Shown: positions 25,477-37,187 of the stretch, piece by piece
Position numbering within the stretch: the stretch's first letter is position 1
How the letters are laid out: each line of letters opens with the position of its first letter
NCBI GenBank assembly: GCA_951406725.2
Contig: OX597823.1
Span: 81,840,001-81,904,000 of the forward strand
Length of the DNA: 64,000 nucleotides
Reading direction: 5' to 3'
Source: Octopus vulgaris
Lineage: Eukaryota
The notes under the pieces: generated by a model
Seen by the model: only the letters and a program-made list of their open reading frames with translations
Databases searched by the model: none
What the model was told of the DNA's origin: nothing
Position numbers and translations under genes: made by a program

Positions 25477-26703
25477 TAATAGCTGCTCCCTCGTTATCGA
25501 GTATGGCCTTTGCACGAAGCTTAACTGTTATTGGTGCTGTGATCGAATGTGACTTTTTAGCCCAGCTAAAGAACTACAATGTCTTGTACAGAATTGGCAG
25601 CTAAAACCTTTACCGGTAATAGCCGGCTGTAGTTGTAACTGGGCTTCATGTATTTTGCATGTCGTTTAGGACCACCTGCCGAATTACACTCTCTTCCACA
25701 TGCCTGACAGATATGATTAGTATGGTGTGTTACACCACCACCAGTGGCCAGGTTGTCACTCATCTGCCTCGCTTTATGACTACGAAGATGACTCTTGAGT
25801 CCAGCTTTACTGAGGCAGGGTCTTGCACAGACACTGCATGTCAGCATTATAGGAAGACCCTTCCCATTTGGAAGTGTACCAGTGATGCCCTTCCTGACAT
25901 CCCTCCTAACTTTCTCATGCGCAACTCGAGATTTCTCGAAAGTAGCTGTCCCCTCGTGCACAATCCTTCTCCACCTGCTACGATCAATAGCCATGCCCTC
26001 CCATGTGTCAGGAGAGATGCAAGCATCTCTTAAGGAAGCCTTCAGCAAGTCCTTATACCTCTTTTTTGGTTTATGTGGAGTTCGTTCTCCTTTATCTAAC
26101 TCTCCATAAAAGAGTTGTTTGACATCCTTGAATCTTTCATCCTAAGCAGATGACCACTCCATCTGAACCTTTGCTTTAACACAAGGGCTTCTATACTTTC
26201 GCACCGAGAGCCTTCAAGATCACTGATGCGGTCCTCCCACTTAATGCCATAAATCCGTCTGAGACACATATGATGGAAACGTTCCAGTTGTTTAAGGTGG
26301 TATCGATATGTGACCCACGTCTCGCAAGCATAGAGAAGAGAAAGGAGCACACATGCCTTGTATACCTTTATCTTTATCTCTCTGCATATGTCTCGCCGAC
26401 TCCGGAGGCGCCTTTCTAGCCTTCCGAAAGCAACACTTGCTTTCCTAATTCTATATGAAATTTCATCATCCAAATTGCTATATCTATTAACAGTGCTTCA
26501 CAGGTAGACAAACTGATTAACTACAAGTCGTTTATCATACACAGATATTTGGTAGACTATACTGCTTACCAGGGGCAGGTTGATACATGACAAAAGTTTT
26601 CTTGAGATTGACTTTCAATCCTAAGGCAGTGCAAGCATCAGAGAATGCATTCAAAATATGTTGCATACCAATCCCTGTGTGTGCTACTAGCTCACAATCA
26701 TCA
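25477..26703 (-). mobile_element. 5'-truncated RTE-clade LINE (RT C-terminal half plus zinc fingers), frameshifted
   Basis: DDCELVAHT (RT xxDD region), GLKVNLKKT, DDEISYRIRKASVAFGRL, KVYKACVLLSLLYACETW, LERFH..CLRRI, RWSGHLLRM, WEGMAIDRSRWR: typical RTE ORF motifs; (TACA)n on both sides. Confidence 0.9.
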
Positions 26704-27965
26704 CATACATACATGCATACATACATACATACATACATACATACATACATACATACATACATACATACATACATACATACTATTTTTTTATATTTCATCC
26801 TAAAAATACATACATACATATATTCTCAAGTTCCAAATATGAATTTGTCTGTGTTAATTACATCTCAAAGATGGAGCCTTGTATCTTTGTTGGAAACCGG
26901 CTCCCTCCTCAATGGAAGGGTTATAATAATTAAAAAAATAGAAGAGACAAACGTACATACATACGTACAAAAAGGAGAATTGCTTCGCTGAACTATTGAG
27001 AAATTTGCAGTTACTCTGTCCAGATTACAAGCTCAGGTTTATACCTGTAATCATTGGGGCCCTGGCATATGTAGTACACTGCCTAAATAGCAATCTGGAG
27101 AAATTAGGCATCTCAAAACCACAAAGGAGAAAGATAATTCGAAGACTACAGATCCAATCAATCACTGGAACTGTAAAAATTTATTTGTAATACTTTCCCG
27201 AAGTTTATCATTTAAATACATACGAGCATGTCTAGATATGCAACTATATGCATAAGAATACATACATAAAACAAAACATACAAATCTGCACATATACATA
27301 CATACATACATACATACATACATACATACACACACACATGCATACACACATGCATACGCACTCCATATAACTTTTCATGTTTTTTAATTCTTGAATTTTT
27401 TTGAAATTTTCAAAAAATTTTTGCATATTTCTATTCTACACACGGAAATTCATACGATTATGCATCCACCACAAAAAAAAAAAATAATTGGTGCGTGATT
27501 TAAGGCCTACTTGACTGTTATGTTTAGCACATCTCACGACCACCTCATACCTCCTTGTTTGTTTGTGTCTTTTGTTACCCCACCACCGCTTAACAACCGG
27601 TGTTGGTAGGTTTACGTCCCCTGGGTTAGCTATTCGGTAGAATAAGTACCAGGCTAAAAAAAAAAAAAAGAAAATTAGTGCTAGAGGCGATTCGTTCGAC
27701 TGACATTCTTCAACGTAGAGCCCCAGCCTGACTGCATGTTGATAACTGAAACAAGTAAAATATAAAGGATAAAAGATTAAAAACAGTCATTTGACCAGCC
27801 GGATACCGCACCCAAATTTCTCTCTAATCAAATCCGTTTTAAAAATGAAAGAAATTCTAAATAATTACTCCTTAATTTCATGAATTTCGATAAGCTACTT
27901 TCAAGAATGAAGGTAAATCTATTTCCTACCGCATCTTTATAATAATACCAATAAAAAAGGGAATA

Positions 27966-28037
27966 TTCCCATGCCGGGAATCGAACCCGGGCCGCCTGGG
28001 TGAAAGCCAGGAATCCTAACCACTAGACCACATGGGA
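27966..28037 (-). tRNA. tRNA-Glu(TTC), consensus
   Basis: Identical to consensus. Confidence 0.96.
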
Positions 28038-28583
28038 CTTCCGCATTCAGGGTTCACCACTGATGTCTTCATCAAAAGTATTTCTCTTTCATCAGTAGTT
28101 GTCATTGTTGCTAGTACATTATTTTCATTTATGAAGTTAGACATGTAGAATAAAGGGTCTTGCTTAGGAGTGGAAATAAAATTGTGAAACATAGGTGAAG
28201 TCATAAAGTAGGAGTTAATTTTGAGAAACGTATGCACCTAGACCTAACTGGCAAACTCCATTTTGTGAGTTCACATTTGTCCTTGGGTTTACTTCACTTT
28301 CAAAGGGGAAAAAACCCCACTTTACACAACTTTGGGCAGAATTGAGGTTTAAGCGCCCCTATATAAACTCTCAAAAACCTTTTAATTTAAAATAAAATTC
28401 ACAAAACTTAAAAAAATTATGTTCTACACACGAAAATTCATACGATTATGCAAATAAAATTTTAAAAGATTTCAATGTGCTGAAAACGACAGTTAAATCT
28501 TCCTTAAATCACACACCGGGGAAAGCATGGATTCACATAAATTTTCTTGCTTAACTCATGTCTTTCTAAAAAGAGAATGCACA

Positions 28584-28655
28584 TTCCCACGCCGGGAATC
28601 GAACCCGGGCCGCCTGGGTGAAAGCCAGGAATCCTAACCACTAGACCACATGGGA
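28584..28655 (-). tRNA. tRNA-Glu(TTC), U-G wobble variant in acceptor stem
   Basis: 3' strand CGTGGGA. Confidence 0.93.
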
Positions 28656-29790
28656 GTGCTGAATGCCTAGCCTTCTAATATAGATATCTATTTGGTTTTC
28701 TGATCGTTATATCTTTATGAAAAGTGTATAACTTTTAACTGCAGTTGTCGTTGCTGTGACATTATCTTCAATTACGAATTCAAACAAGTAGAATAAAAGT
28801 GTCTTCTCTAGAAACAAACAGGAAAACGTACAGCATGTATAATGTCATAAACTATGAATAAATAATGAGGAGTGAATCTATCAAATTGTCTGAGATTATG
28901 CATTAATCTGTTTCGTATCTGACATTTTAATGTGCCTTAAAATAACAATAATCCTTTCTACTATAGGCACAAAAGCTGAAATTTTTATGGAGGTGACTAG
29001 ACGATTACATCGACCCCGAGACGGAATTTGAACCATCCTCCGTGCTGACGATTCTGCTAGCTGAACCACCTTTAAAAATAATCATCCTTTCTACAATATG
29101 AAAAAAGCCTGAAATTTTGAGGGATTAAATCGTCGGATCTTTTCTGTTTGGATCACACTTTTAAATTCCTTTCATTTTGCTTCAATTGATTTCAAATTTG
29201 GTGTATTGGTGTAGTTTTGTATGCTAATTATGTAAATGAAATTCATTTTCCCCCATGAATTAATAAATGAAAGTTGGCAAATTTTTGGAAATTTTAGCCA
29301 ATCGAAAGCCACAGACATATTGGTACCTGCTTCTATAACAGCCAAGGTATAGTCTGCTAACCGGGGAAGGGTGCTACCTGATCAGTGGATGTTCGGGGGA
29401 GTGTGTCGCGAGACCAGACATGATTTTACTTTATGTGGTGCCATTTCGGATCGCGATACACTGGAGGAATGCATATATCAGTTGATTCTTCCAAGAATTA
29501 CAATTTTCAGTGACTTGGGGGGGGGCAAGGAGAGTTATAACTTTCGACATAGAACAGTGGACTACAGCGCTGAGTTTATTAACTCGAAAGATGGTTCCCA
29601 CACATGGTTCTCTGTAAAACGAAGTAACAAACGATGCAGTCGTATATCTATGCGAGTTTATGTGACGCATGAGGTACGAAAATTGTAATTTGTTTGACAA
29701 ACTCCTAGAGTGCATCGCAGACTTTCGTTTTTGAATTTTTCTCTATAAAAATATGTATTAACTATTTATATGAACTAAACTACTCTTTCC

Positions 29791-30206
29791 CTCTTTTACT
29801 TCTTTCAGTCATTTGACTGTGGCCATGCTGGAGCACCGCCTTTTGTCGAGCAAATCGACGCCAGGACTTATTCTTTGTAAGCCTAGTACTTATTCTATCG
29901 GTCTCTTTTGCAGAACCGCTAAGTTACGGGGACGTAAACACACCAGCATCGGTTGTCAAGCGATGTTGGGGGGAGGTGGACAAACACAGACACACAGACA
30001 TATACACACACAGAAATATACATACACACACACACACATATATATACGACGGGCTTCTTTCAGTTTCCGTCTACCAAATCCACTCACAAGGCTTTAGTCG
30101 GCCCGAGGCTATAGTAGAAGACACTTGCCCAAGGTGTCACGCAGTGGGAATGAAACCGGAACCATGAGGTTGGTAAACAAGCTACTTACTACGCAGATAC
30201 TCCTGC
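29791..30206 (-). mobile_element. tRNA-derived SINE family A, near full length
   Basis: Reverse complement of the 33187-33605 family. Confidence 0.85.
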
Positions 30207-30478
30207 TTTGTTTTTGTAATTTAACGTTCCGCTTGTTTTCTTCGTAATTTATCATTTATTTTTTTCTTTTTCAATTTTCCGAAAAAAAAATTCATTGAAG
30301 ATTTTTCTTTTTTTTTATTTATACTATTTACATCCCTGTTCCAACATTTCTCATGACTTTATTCATAAAAACTTATCAAAACTTCCGTCGTTGAATGTAT
30401 TATCATCATGCACAAAATGTCAACTTGTAAATCTTGTTTTCTGATTGGACAAAAATAAACAAACTCTAAACCTCTATA

Positions 30479-30781
30479 ATATAAAGTATAGAAGCCATCT
30501 TATCATGGCTAACCACATTGGGGAGGGGTGTTACTGTAGCTTTATAGCTCCAAGAGATCTTCGTCTCTAGCTGGCTTTAGACACAATATCTGTGTCCTTG
30601 GAGTATTTGCAAAGGGAGGCCACAGATATTGTGTCTAAAGCCATCTAGAGACGAAGATCTCTTGGGGTTATAAAGCTACAATAACCCCCTCCCCAATGTG
30701 GTTAGCCATGATAAGATGGCTTCTATACTTTACATTATCGAGCGATTACTGTTTCAATCTCATTCTGAGATTTAATTATGC
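30479..30781. mobile_element. Hairpin-plus-tail insertion with 11-bp TSD
   Basis: ~120-bp inverted arms spanning 30476-30738; AAACCTCTATA at 30468-30478 and 30782-30792. Confidence 0.75.
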
Positions 30782-31111
30782 AAACCTCTATATTTTTCGA
30801 AAATTTTTCTGGAACAAGAGAATAACATCAGCTAAATCGTAAAAAATTATATCAATATAACACATTTGAAAATTTTTCCATAACTAAAAATTTCAAAAAC
30901 TGTGAGCGAAACAGAAAAGATCCACTTGTTTTTCTATTCTGTGTTTGTTTTGTTCATTTCAAGATGATAACCTTTAGAGGAAATAGAAAAGTCCGAGTGT
31001 CTAATAAATTTACCGCTGTTTGAGATTTTAGAAAGAGAGGGGGGAGGGAGAGAGAGATCGAGACACAGAGAGACAGAGACAGACAAAGAGCTTTTGCTTT
31101 TTCTTTTACTC

Positions 31112-31468
31112 TTTTATTCTTTTACTTGTTTCAGTCATTTGAGTGCGGCCATGCTGGAGCACCACCTTTAGTCGAGCAAATCGACCCCAGGACTTATTTT
31201 TTGTAAGCCTAGTACTTATTCTATCGGTTCAATTTTGCCGAACCGCTAAGTTACGGGGACGTAAACACACCAGCATCGGTTGTCAAGCGATGTTGGGGGA
31301 GGTCAAACACAGACACACACACTTACACACACATACGCACGCACGGGCTTCTTTTAGTTTCCGTCTACCAAATCCACTCGCAAGGCTTTGGTCGGCTCGA
31401 GGCTATAGTAGAAGACATTTGCCCAAGGTGCCACGCTGTGGGACTGAATCCGAAACCATGTGGTTGGT
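31112..31468 (-). mobile_element. SINE family A
   Basis: Collinear with 29791-30206. Confidence 0.85.
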
Positions 31469-31691
31469 CAAAATTTCTTTTCATATTCTATATGCTCTAT
31501 ATGCAAACAAGGCAGGTCTGGTCTCTCACACTTACCCTACAATGCCATTCTAAAACTAAACACTCACAACATCGAAATTGTGAAAGTCACAAGATAATGC
31601 AGGATTAATTTAAAACAACATGAATAAATAAGGTAAAGTAATCTGAACGTTGGATCGAATCTTCATTATTTACTGATTGTTTATGGCTTTA

Positions 31692-31963
31692 GGCATTCTT
31701 TTGGTATAACTCGACAAAATCAAAACACTTCACTTCGAGTATTTCCGTGGAAGCAAATGATAGTTCGATTCTGTTTTCTGCTTGGAAATTGCGGATTTTA
31801 CATACACACATGAAACAGGTAAAACAAAATATGCAAGGCTTTTTTTCTTCAAGTTTAAAATGAGACATTGCTGGCATAATTTCGTTATATCTGTACTCCA
31901 CAACCCACGGAAATACTCGAAGTGGAATGTTTTGATTTGGTCGAGTTATATCGAAAGAATGCC
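31692..31963. mobile_element. MITE (GGCATTCTTT TIRs, 8-bp TSD; Merlin-like)
   Basis: ~60-bp imperfect TIRs; TGGCTTTA at 31684-31691 and 31964-31971; second copy 56147-56422. Confidence 0.88.
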
Positions 31964-32146
31964 TGGCTTTAAATATGTTCCATAATTATAGTTATGCTAC
32001 TGAACCACACACTTTACACTAACTGCTTCTCTAAGTACTTCTCTGGGCGAATGACTATCATGTAACAGCAGTCAGCGAAACAAGGTCACCGATGAAAGAA
32101 ATACATTTATGATAAAGTTATAACTATTACACCACGAAAGCAGCAC

Positions 32147-32217
32147 TCCCATGTGGTCTAGTGGTTAGGATTCCTGGCTTTCACCCCGGCGGCCGGGTTC
32201 GATTCCCGGCATGGGAA
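32147..32217 (+). tRNA. tRNA-Glu(TTC) variant, 71 nt (possible pseudogene)
   Basis: One anticodon-stem substitution and a 1-nt deletion before the T-arm; T5 terminator follows. Confidence 0.7.
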
Positions 32218-32325
32218 CGCTATGTTTTTGGTTCTTTTTTTTATTTTTTAAAGTAAAATTCGAAGTCTTTTAATAGATATATTTTCAGCGCTTTCATGCA
32301 CGACTTTTTTTAATATATATATTTT

Positions 32326-33132
32326 GGTTAATATCTAGATCCGCACCCGGTGGGAAAAATGAGATCCGCACCCGGTGGGAAAAATGGAAACGAAAATGTG
32401 TAACAGTTGTAAGGCATCGTATATTGACGGAATAAGACGGGAAAAAAGCGCGCTGACAAACGGGGGGTGGGGGGCTCGGGAAATTCCCAGGATCAACCGT
32501 AGAGGATCCACGCCCAGGTGGCAAAAATGGAAAAAAATATGTGTAACAGGTGTAAGGCATCGTATATTGAAGGAATATGACGAAAAAAAGCGCGCTGACA
32601 AATGGGGGGGGGGGGGCTCGGAAAATTGCCTACGATTTAAAGAAAAATTTACCATCAATTTTCACCATTTTAAACGCATTTCACACACATAGCCCAATGT
32701 CATAATTCAAAACTAACGCAGCGAAAATTTTGAAAAGTTCCCCCAGTTCTGAAAAAATCGATAAATTCGACATGGGGTCGCGAATCAGAAACACAATGGT
32801 GAAAATTGATGGTAAATTTTTCTTTAAATCGTAGGCAATTTTCCGAGCCCCCTCCCCCTTCCGTTTGTCAGCACGCTTTTTTTTCGTCATATTCCTTCAA
32901 TATACGATGCCTTACACCTGTTACACATATTTTTTTCCATTTTTGCCTCTACGGTTGATCCTGGGAATTTCCCGAGCCCCCCACCCCCACCCCCCGTTTG
33001 TCAGCGCGCTTTTTTCCCGTCTTATTCCGTCAATATACGATGCCTTACAACTGTTACACATTTTCGTTTCCATTTTTCCCACCGGGTGCCGGATCTCATT
33101 TTTCCCACCGGGTGCGGATCTAGATATTAACC
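32326..33132. mobile_element. 807-bp foldback MITE with ~345-bp TIRs and 8-bp TSD (Merlin-like)
   Basis: GGTTAATATCTAGATCCGCACCCGG...CCGGGTGCGGATCTAGATATTAACC; TATATTTT on both flanks; internal subrepeats. Confidence 0.92.
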
Positions 33133-33186
33133 TATATTTTTATATGTACAGTTCCTACATTCGCTTCTGTTCTTGGAAATCGTACA

Positions 33187-33605
33187 GGCGCAGGTGTGGA
33201 TGTGTGGTAAGAAGCTTGCTTCCCAACCACATGGTTCCGGGTTCAGTCTCACTGCGTGGCACCTTGGGCAAGTGTCTTCTCCTATAGCCTTACACCGACA
33301 AAAGCCTTGGGAGTAGATTTGCTAAATGGAAACTGAAAGAAGCCTGTCGTATATATATATGTATATATGTATCTATATATTTATGTGTGTGTTTGTGTGT
33401 TTTTCCCGCCGCCATTGCTTGACAACCTATACCGAGTGTTTGTACCCCCGTAACTTAGCGGTTTGGCAAAAGGGTCCGATAGATTAAGTACTAAGCTTAA
33501 GAAAATAAGTCCTGGGATCGATTTGTTCGACTAAAACACTTCAAGGCGGTGCTCCAGTATGGCCGCAGTCAAATGACTGAAACTAGTAAAAGACTAAAAG
33601 AAAAA
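33187..33605 (+). mobile_element. SINE family A, full length
   Basis: tRNA-like head (GTGTGGTAAG, GGGTTCAGTC), core and A-rich tail. Confidence 0.85.
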
Positions 33606-34088
33606 TGAATGGGTTTCTATATTTTTGTTACTTGCTTTCTGGCCGCCGATTAAAGCAAACCTCCGATCAAAGGCGTTCCAGCCATGACCATCCAGTACTT
33701 TTTCATATTATGGGCTACTTTTTCCAACTTGTGCAGCCATTTTTAAGACGGTATAGTTTGATTTGAAGGGTATTTAGCTGCTGTTACTAGCCAGACGAGT
33801 GACCTCATTGTGACATCGATGCGCAACCCTAGAGCAACACTGTGGCCATTCCATCCTTTTAGGGATATATAATACTTCGTTGACCAAATGTGTCCCATCT
33901 TTTCCAAAGGAGTTAGGGTATCATCAATGGTGTTGTGTGGGGTCTGCGGGGAAGGGAGCATGCGGACTACACAGGGTGGGCTCTTTAGAAGTAGGGTATA
34001 CATATTTTGAAAGAGGGCGACCAATTTTGCTTCCGCACAAGGCAGCCAAGACCCACGCTATGCCTGCTCGTTGCATATCATACATACA

Positions 34089-34091
<3 letters not shown>

Positions 34092-34147
<56 letters not shown>
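34092..34147. repeat. (TA)n microsatellite
   Basis: Direct inspection; a (TAA)n tract follows at 34275-34364. Confidence 0.95.
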
Positions 34148-34150
<3 letters not shown>

Positions 34151-34289
34151 CGTGATCACCGTGACCGACCAGGCTATCAGATGTTACTACATATCGCTGG
34201 TCACAATGCGCTTCACATTGTTTTAGCCTTCAAATGACGCCACCCCGCTGGCTAAACGAGCAGGCCAATAGAAGATAATAATAATAATA

Positions 34290-34364
<75 letters not shown>

Positions 34365-35120
34365 TTCATTTATTTGCCATCAGAGTGAATGATGAGGAGG
34401 ACAATACAGAGACAGACACAAAGTTTGAGGATTTACATATAATGAAATATGATAAAATTATTAAATAAGTAAAAAAAAGTAAGTATACACGGTATCCGAT
34501 GAGAATGAAGGGAAATACACACAGTATGCAAAGGTTAAAAAATGCAGGGATGACAGAGACGTGGCTCTCCTGAGACAAGATGGCCTCTAAGGATAATCGA
34601 AGAACCCCACTGTTCAAGAATTCCTTGAACACCAAGAGCAAATGCCCTCTCCAGTTCTCTTTCTCTGACTCACAGGTCTACACTTAGAGAGGTACCATCC
34701 ACTCATGTAATTTTCAAAACTCACACTCATCTTTCAATAAACCCACTCGAGGATAGCACTTCCCTCTCCACCCTCAATTTTCTTTGCAAGTGAAACTTTA
34801 AGAAGTCAATGTAGGAAATGTATGTGCCCTCATGCCTTTCAGTCTTGACCACCAAACAACCTCTTTCGTCACCCCGAGAACGTCGTCGCACTTCCCCGTC
34901 ACTAATCGTCTATAAATTTCTAAAGCGGAACATCTACCGATCCCATTAGCCGACTGGTAGAGCACCTGACGACGTTCTAGGTGCCTGGTGCCCAGTCTCG
35001 GTCTTTTTTCACCCAGGATTTTAGCTCCGTCAAGGAGCTATGGAAAGAAGAATCTCGCAAACAGTGCCCACACACGCTCACCACCCAGAAATCGTTGCAG
35101 GTGGCGTAATCTGAGAGCGT
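34365..35120 (-). mobile_element. Decayed L1/Tx1-like LINE 3' fragment (tentative)
   Basis: Minus-strand peptides such as KEVVWWSRLKG and FHLQRKLRVEREVL; ends at an AATAAA-like tail next to (TAA)n. Confidence 0.4.
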
Positions 35121-35709
35121 GTCCGCGCATTAGGAGCTACGGCCTCTAATTTTGGCTAAAGGCCAGCAATTTTAGGGGGAGGGGGTTGGTCAATTATATA
35201 TACCCTAATATTTAAGAATCGAGAAGTTTAACATCTTGTTAATTGTTTTCTAATACATACCTGTTATGTAAGAAATAAAAGATATGACAAACTGAGAAAG
35301 AGAACAATGGTTTGATTAAGGTTAATCGAAGGAGAACGAATAGACTGGTGGCGTTGATGGAGATGATGTCAAACTTAAATGAAGAATATTACATTAAAAG
35401 GTCATTTTACTGTAGAAGTAACCGCGAATCAAACCCAAGCTTCCAGCTAGTAATGATAACCACAAAAATCATACGTGAACAATGAGTGTTGCATGCAATA
35501 GTCATGGCTTTATCAAAGATATGTGACTAAGTGATACAAAATTATCTGTTTAAAAGTTAATTCATAATATCTGAAAATTAACTCCTTCTCTTTGAGAGTC
35601 ACAATCACCACTAGGAAGAATCTTACTTTTTTTGTAGCACGAGCTTTAAGTTAAATCCAACAAATTTGTTAGGCTATTATATTTAAGTAAAGAAATAAAA
35701 AGATAAGCG

Positions 35710-35781
35710 TTCCCATGCCGGGAATCGAACCCGGGCCGCCTGGGTGAAAGCCAGGAATCCTAACCACTAGACCACATGGGA
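35710..35781 (-). tRNA. tRNA-Glu(TTC), consensus
   Basis: Identical to consensus. Confidence 0.96.
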
Positions 35782-35902
35782 TTGCTGTTTACGCCCTGTC
35801 ATAGTTATACATTTATCAAAACTATATATCTTTCAATGATCGTTGATATTGTTGCCGACTGTTGTTATATAAGGAATAAAAGATATGACAAACAAAGAGA
35901 GA

Positions 35903-35953
<51 letters not shown>

Positions 35954-36079
35954 TGTGTGAGAGAACTATATTTTGGTTAAGGTTAATCAAAGGAGAACGA
36001 ATAGACTAGTGGTGCTGATAGAGTGGATGTGAAACTTAAAGGAAATATCTTGTATTAAAAGGTCACTTTACTGCGGAAA

Positions 36080-36210
36080 GCGCCGTGAACCGAACCCGAG
36101 ATGTCTGAGAGACATCAAACGAATCATAACCTCATGGTGACACTAAGTGCTGCATCAACCGAACCCGGGGTGCCTGAGAGACATCTAACGAGTCATAACC
36201 ACATGAGAAC
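36080..36210 (-). pseudogene. Two tandem highly decayed tRNA-Glu relics
   Basis: aaccgaacccg...gcctgagagacatc...aaccacatgagaa duplicated; homologous to 275-343. Confidence 0.45.
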
Positions 36211-36508
36211 ATTAAGTGCTGCAACCAGTTGTTATGTCTTTATCAAACATTTACTCGAATAAGTAATAAAAAGACACGGTAGAAATATTTTTTTTTAATC
36301 AATTCGTAATTTCTTCAAATTCTCTCTCACTTTGTGTCACAATCACCGCTAGGATTTCATTTTCTGACCCAAGATGTTGAGCTTTTATTTATCTAACAAT
36401 TTTACTTTTATTGTAGTGTTAACTTAGGAAAATAAGTTCAATTCACGAATCGATTCAAATAATTTTTCTTAGCCATTTTATTCAAGTGAGGAAAAATAAA
36501 AATAAGCG

Positions 36509-36580
36509 TTCCCATGCCGGGAATCGAACCCGGGCCGCCTGGGTGAAAGCCAGGAATCCTAACCACTAGACCACATGGGA
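36509..36580 (-). tRNA. tRNA-Glu(TTC), consensus
   Basis: Identical to consensus. Confidence 0.96.
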
Positions 36581-36710
36581 TTGCTAGTTGCAACACTTCA
36601 TAGTTATACCTTTATCAAATGTATATCTTTCTGCTCGGTATTTGTCATGACTGCTGATTGTTGTGATATTCATTGTCGAATGTGTGGTTCAGTAGCATAT
36701 TTTAAAGTGT

Positions 36711-37012
36711 GGAAGCACATGGCCTAGTGGTTAGAGCAGCGAACTCGCGGTCGAGGGATCGCGAGTTCGAATCTCAGACCGGGCGTTGTGTGTGTTTATG
36801 AGCAAAATCACCTAAGCTCCACGCGGCTCCACCAGAAGGTAGTGGCAAACTTCTGCTGACTCTTTCGCCACAACTTTCTCTTACTCTTTCCTCCTGTGCT
36901 GTAAGTACTAGGCTTACAAAGAATAAGTCCTGGGATCGATTTGCTCGGCCAAAGGCGGTATTCCAGCATGGCCGCAGTCAAATGGCTGAAACAAGTAAAA
37001 GAAAAAAAAAAA
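36711..37012 (+). mobile_element. Chimeric SINE: tRNA-Arg-like head (family C) joined to family A tail
   Basis: Head matches the 57724 element; from ~36900 it matches the family A 3' part. Confidence 0.7.
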
Positions 37013-37114
37013 GAAAACTAAATATAAGGCCGTAAGCAGTGTGTCACAATTCATGCATGAATGGAAATAATCTGCAACTAAAATAGTTATTGAGAAAGAG
37101 AAATACATTGCTTA

Positions 37115-37187
37115 GATACATGGTGTCTAGTGTTTAGGATTTCTGGCTTTCAACCAGATATACTGAGTTCGATTCCAGGCATGAGAA
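37115..37187 (+). pseudogene. tRNA-Glu(TTC) pseudogene
   Basis: catggtgtctagtgtttaggatttctggCTTTCAaccag...gttcgattccaggcatgagaa, many mismatches. Confidence 0.75.

Larger units (their letters stand above)
29135..30924 (+). mobile_element. Merlin-type element remnant with both termini (GGATCTTTTCTGTTT ... AAACAGAAAAGATCC), interrupted by a SINE and a hairpin insertion
   Basis: 15-bp TIR pair; ISXO2-like peptide at 29340-29690 (RGRVLPDQWMFGGVCRETR...HRTVDYSAEFINSKDGSHT); no TSD found. Confidence 0.65.

Noticed and set aside
29813-31553. ORFs such as MLEHRLLSSKSTPGLILCKPSTYSIGLFCRTAK
   Set aside because: Antisense translations of SINE family A
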